DNA of 64,000 nucleotides from an uncultured Lentisphaerales bacterium (GTDB lineage Bacteria > Verrucomicrobiota > Lentisphaeria > JABSQK01 > UBA12247). The position numbers and the translations under genes were made by a program. How positions within the stretch are numbered: the stretch's first letter is position 1; every line of letters starts with the position of its first letter. Below are positions 61,899-64,000 of this stretch, piece by piece. The notes below the pieces were generated by a model. That model was not told the DNA's origin, did not search any database, and saw nothing but the letters and a program-made list of their open reading frames with translations. The stretch spans positions 32,001-96,000 of the forward strand of contig CALSSJ010000017.1 in the NCBI GenBank assembly GCA_943788985.1. The letters run 5' to 3'.

Positions 61899-63170
61899 AT
61901 GGTTGGAAGACGAATGATTATTATTGCCCGGGCAGATCCGATTATCTGCAGGCACGCGGCAGAAGCGCGCAACTTGGCGGAGGCAGCGCTGCAGGGCGGA
62001 TTCGAGCAGGTGCGGATTGTGACCTGGCCACTGGCTACGATTCTGGAAAGCACCCTGCCCTGCAAGCAACTATCGCGCATTTCTCCGTACTCGGAAGGGA
62101 TCGTGGTGGACCGGCCCGAGGCCTTGGCTGGCAGCCAAGTGCTGGACGGCCGCCTGCTGCAAGCGATGACCGGGCACGTGAGCGAGATGCTGATGGATGG
62201 CGTACCGACCACTATCGTGTCGCTTTATCTGGTGCCACATGCCCAGGTGGCGGTAGATGCGGTGCAGTCGGTGCGGCGCTCGGGCGTGCAGCCTGATGTG
62301 CACACAATCGCGGAAGCAGTCGGATCTGATGTCACCGGCATCGTCCGCTGTGCGCTGGCAAGCGGGCATTTCGGGGCAGCACAACAAGTGCTGGGGACAT
62401 TCCTGGCCAATGATTGTCCGGTGGCGGTCTCTGAGTATACGCGCTCGATCATTATCGACCACGCGACGGAGGTCGATCATGCGCTGGGTACGCACTATGC
62501 CCCGCAGATGGGCGCCCGCCTGCGCGTGAGCTACCCCGCGATTGATACGGCTTCGTTTATCAACGCGGAAAGCAACCGGGATTTGATCAGCCAGACGCTG
62601 GCTCGCTACCGATTGTTGGAGGGCAAGTTCATCCTGTTTCTATCGCGGGTATTGGAGGCCAAGGGAGTCGCCGACCTGATCGAGGGCTATCGCCGCAGTA
62701 AACTGTATGGCATGGTCCCGTTGGTGATCGCCGGGACAGGGGACTTTCTGGAACAGGCACAGGCACTGGCCACCGGCGACGAGCAGACGATCATGTTTCT
62801 GGGTGCGGTGGATGAGCAGGAGAAGCGGGCGTTGATGCACGGCTGCGGGGCGTTTGCGCTTCCCACTAAATCTCTGCCTGACTGTACGGCGACATTCGCC
62901 GTAGCGATCGCCGAGAAGATGCTCTCCGGCGGCAGCGGCCCGGTGATCACGACGCGCGTGGGTGGCGCCTGCGAGGCCACGGGCGATCACTGTCTTTATG
63001 TGAGCCCGGGAAGACCAGACGAGATCGCGGCGAGTCTAGAGCGGGCGCTCCTCCTGATGTCGCTGGATGCAAGACGTGAATTGAGTGAGAGCGCCCGCAG
63101 CTATGCGATGCAGTTCGATTGTGCCCGGGTGCTAAATAATCTGCTGGGGACTCTGCTGCGAGCAGCCTGA
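61899..63170 (+). CDS. Glycosyltransferase family 4 (GT-B), atypical
   Basis: VAVSEY, YPAID, LFLSR...KGV.DLI, LVIAGTG, FLGAV, PVITTRVGG. Confidence 0.82.
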   Translation: MVGRRMIIIARADPIICRHAAEARNLAEAALQGGFEQVRIVTWPLATILESTLPCKQLSRISPYSEGIVVDRPEALAGSQVLDGRLLQAMTGHVSEMLMDGVPTTIVSLYLVPHAQVAVDAVQSVRRSGVQPDVHTIAEAVGSDVTGIVRCALASGHFGAAQQVLGTFLANDCPVAVSEYTRSIIIDHATEVDHALGTHYAPQMGARLRVSYPAIDTASFINAESNRDLISQTLARYRLLEGKFILFLSRVLEAKGVADLIEGYRRSKLYGMVPLVIAGTGDFLEQAQALATGDEQTIMFLGAVDEQEKRALMHGCGAFALPTKSLPDCTATFAVAIAEKMLSGGSGPVITTRVGGACEATGDHCLYVSPGRPDEIAASLERALLLMSLDARRELSESARSYAMQFDCARVLNNLLGTLLRAA

Positions 63171-63196
63171 AGCACGGTCAAGCTCAAGGACTCAGG

Positions 63197-64000
63197 CTAT
63201 TCGGCGTTTTCCTGCCGCCAGACCCGAATCTCACGGAGGAAGGCGGGTAGCACGGTGCGGGAATTCTTGGCCCCGATGCCTTTGACGGCCATGCCTTCTT
63301 CTTTGGTCACCGGCGCTAGGTTTGCCAGCGCCTGCAGGGTGCCGTTGTTGAGGATTTTGAAGGCGGGCACGCCACGCTTGGCGGCCATCTCGTCTCGCAC
63401 CGTCCGCAGGCGCTCGTAGAGATCTGCGTGGTCTCCGGAGGTCGCTGGCGCTGGTGCGGACTCCGCAGGGGCGGATTCGACAACGCTGCTCGGAAAAACC
63501 ATCGGCACTCGCTTGCTGCGGGCCATGACCTCGCGGCCAAGCGGGGTGATGATCACCAGCGGATACTTGCTTTCGCCGTTGCGCTTGACGCAGCCTGAGC
63601 GCATGAGCACATCGAGAAGCTGGAGCACCTCGGCGCTGGAGCAGTCTACGGCCCCGTAGCCGGACAAGTGATGCAGGCCAGCATCGTATATCTCGCGACT
63701 CTGGGAGCCGGTCACGAACTGGGCAACACGGTTGCGCCCAAAGCGGCCACGCAGGGCCTCAACCCCGGTGAGGACGCGCACGATCAATTCTTCCTCGGCG
63801 GTAGTCGGCAGGCGGCTGCTGGCAGTAGTTTCGCCGCTGCAAAGGTCACAGGTTCGACAGCGCCATTCGCCGGGTTCCTGGCCAAAGTAGGAAATGAGGT
63901 AGCGTTGGCGGCAATCGTGGGTATGCGGATAGCGACAGACGATGTCGAGGCGATCGGTCTCGAGCTGGGCGCGGCGTTTCTCGTCTTCGAACGAGACGGC
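63197..64000 (-). CDS. recQ: RecQ helicase C-terminal part (Zn-binding, RQC, HRDC); 5' end outside window
   Basis: CRQRYLISYFGQ..CRTCDLC; GRFG..V..F.TGS; LYERLR..R...A...GVPAF.I..N.TL; VKGIG. Confidence 0.9.
   Translation of the reverse strand, partial: AVSFEDEKRRAQLETDRLDIVCRYPHTHDCRQRYLISYFGQEPGEWRCRTCDLCSGETTASSRLPTTAEEELIVRVLTGVEALRGRFGRNRVAQFVTGSQSREIYDAGLHHLSGYGAVDCSSAEVLQLLDVLMRSGCVKRNGESKYPLVIITPLGREVMARSKRVPMVFPSSVVESAPAESAPAPATSGDHADLYERLRTVRDEMAAKRGVPAFKILNNGTLQALANLAPVTKEEGMAVKGIGAKNSRTVLPAFLREIRVWRQENAE

Noticed and set aside
1..64000. CRISPR array, rRNA, prophage or integrase
   Set aside because: No regularly spaced repeats, rRNA signatures or phage/integrase motifs seen by eye

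Overview
64 kb of chromosome from a GC-rich bacterium, most likely PVC superphylum (Lentisphaeria/Kiritimatiellia-like). This is an inference from the sulfatases, the prepilin-type FTLI..VV..IIAILA motif, the Ser/Thr kinase-WD40 gene and a C-terminal GTVVLIR motif. The main feature is an ~11.3 kb operon behind a sigma-54-type promoter: rnfB - large PFOR with an extra C-terminal ferredoxin domain - rnfCDGEA - small Cys-rich membrane protein - ferredoxin:NADP+ reductase. Also present: carbohydrate/sulfate genes (LamG lipoprotein, sulfatase, GH36), a VapBC toxin-antitoxin pair, a Y1/REP-associated tyrosine transposase, a nucleotide-sugar/holA/queE/queC operon, leuA, tRNA-Val(TAC), a C5-methyltransferase plus HNH nuclease restriction-modification pair, larE, an HlyD/ABC exporter pair, mutY, an atypical GT4 and the 3' end of recQ. 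Many genes carry single extra bases in G/C runs (probably long-read errors). A separate set of true decayed gene remnants fills intergenic gaps. No CRISPR array, rRNA or prophage was seen. All assignments come from motif recognition, not database searches.
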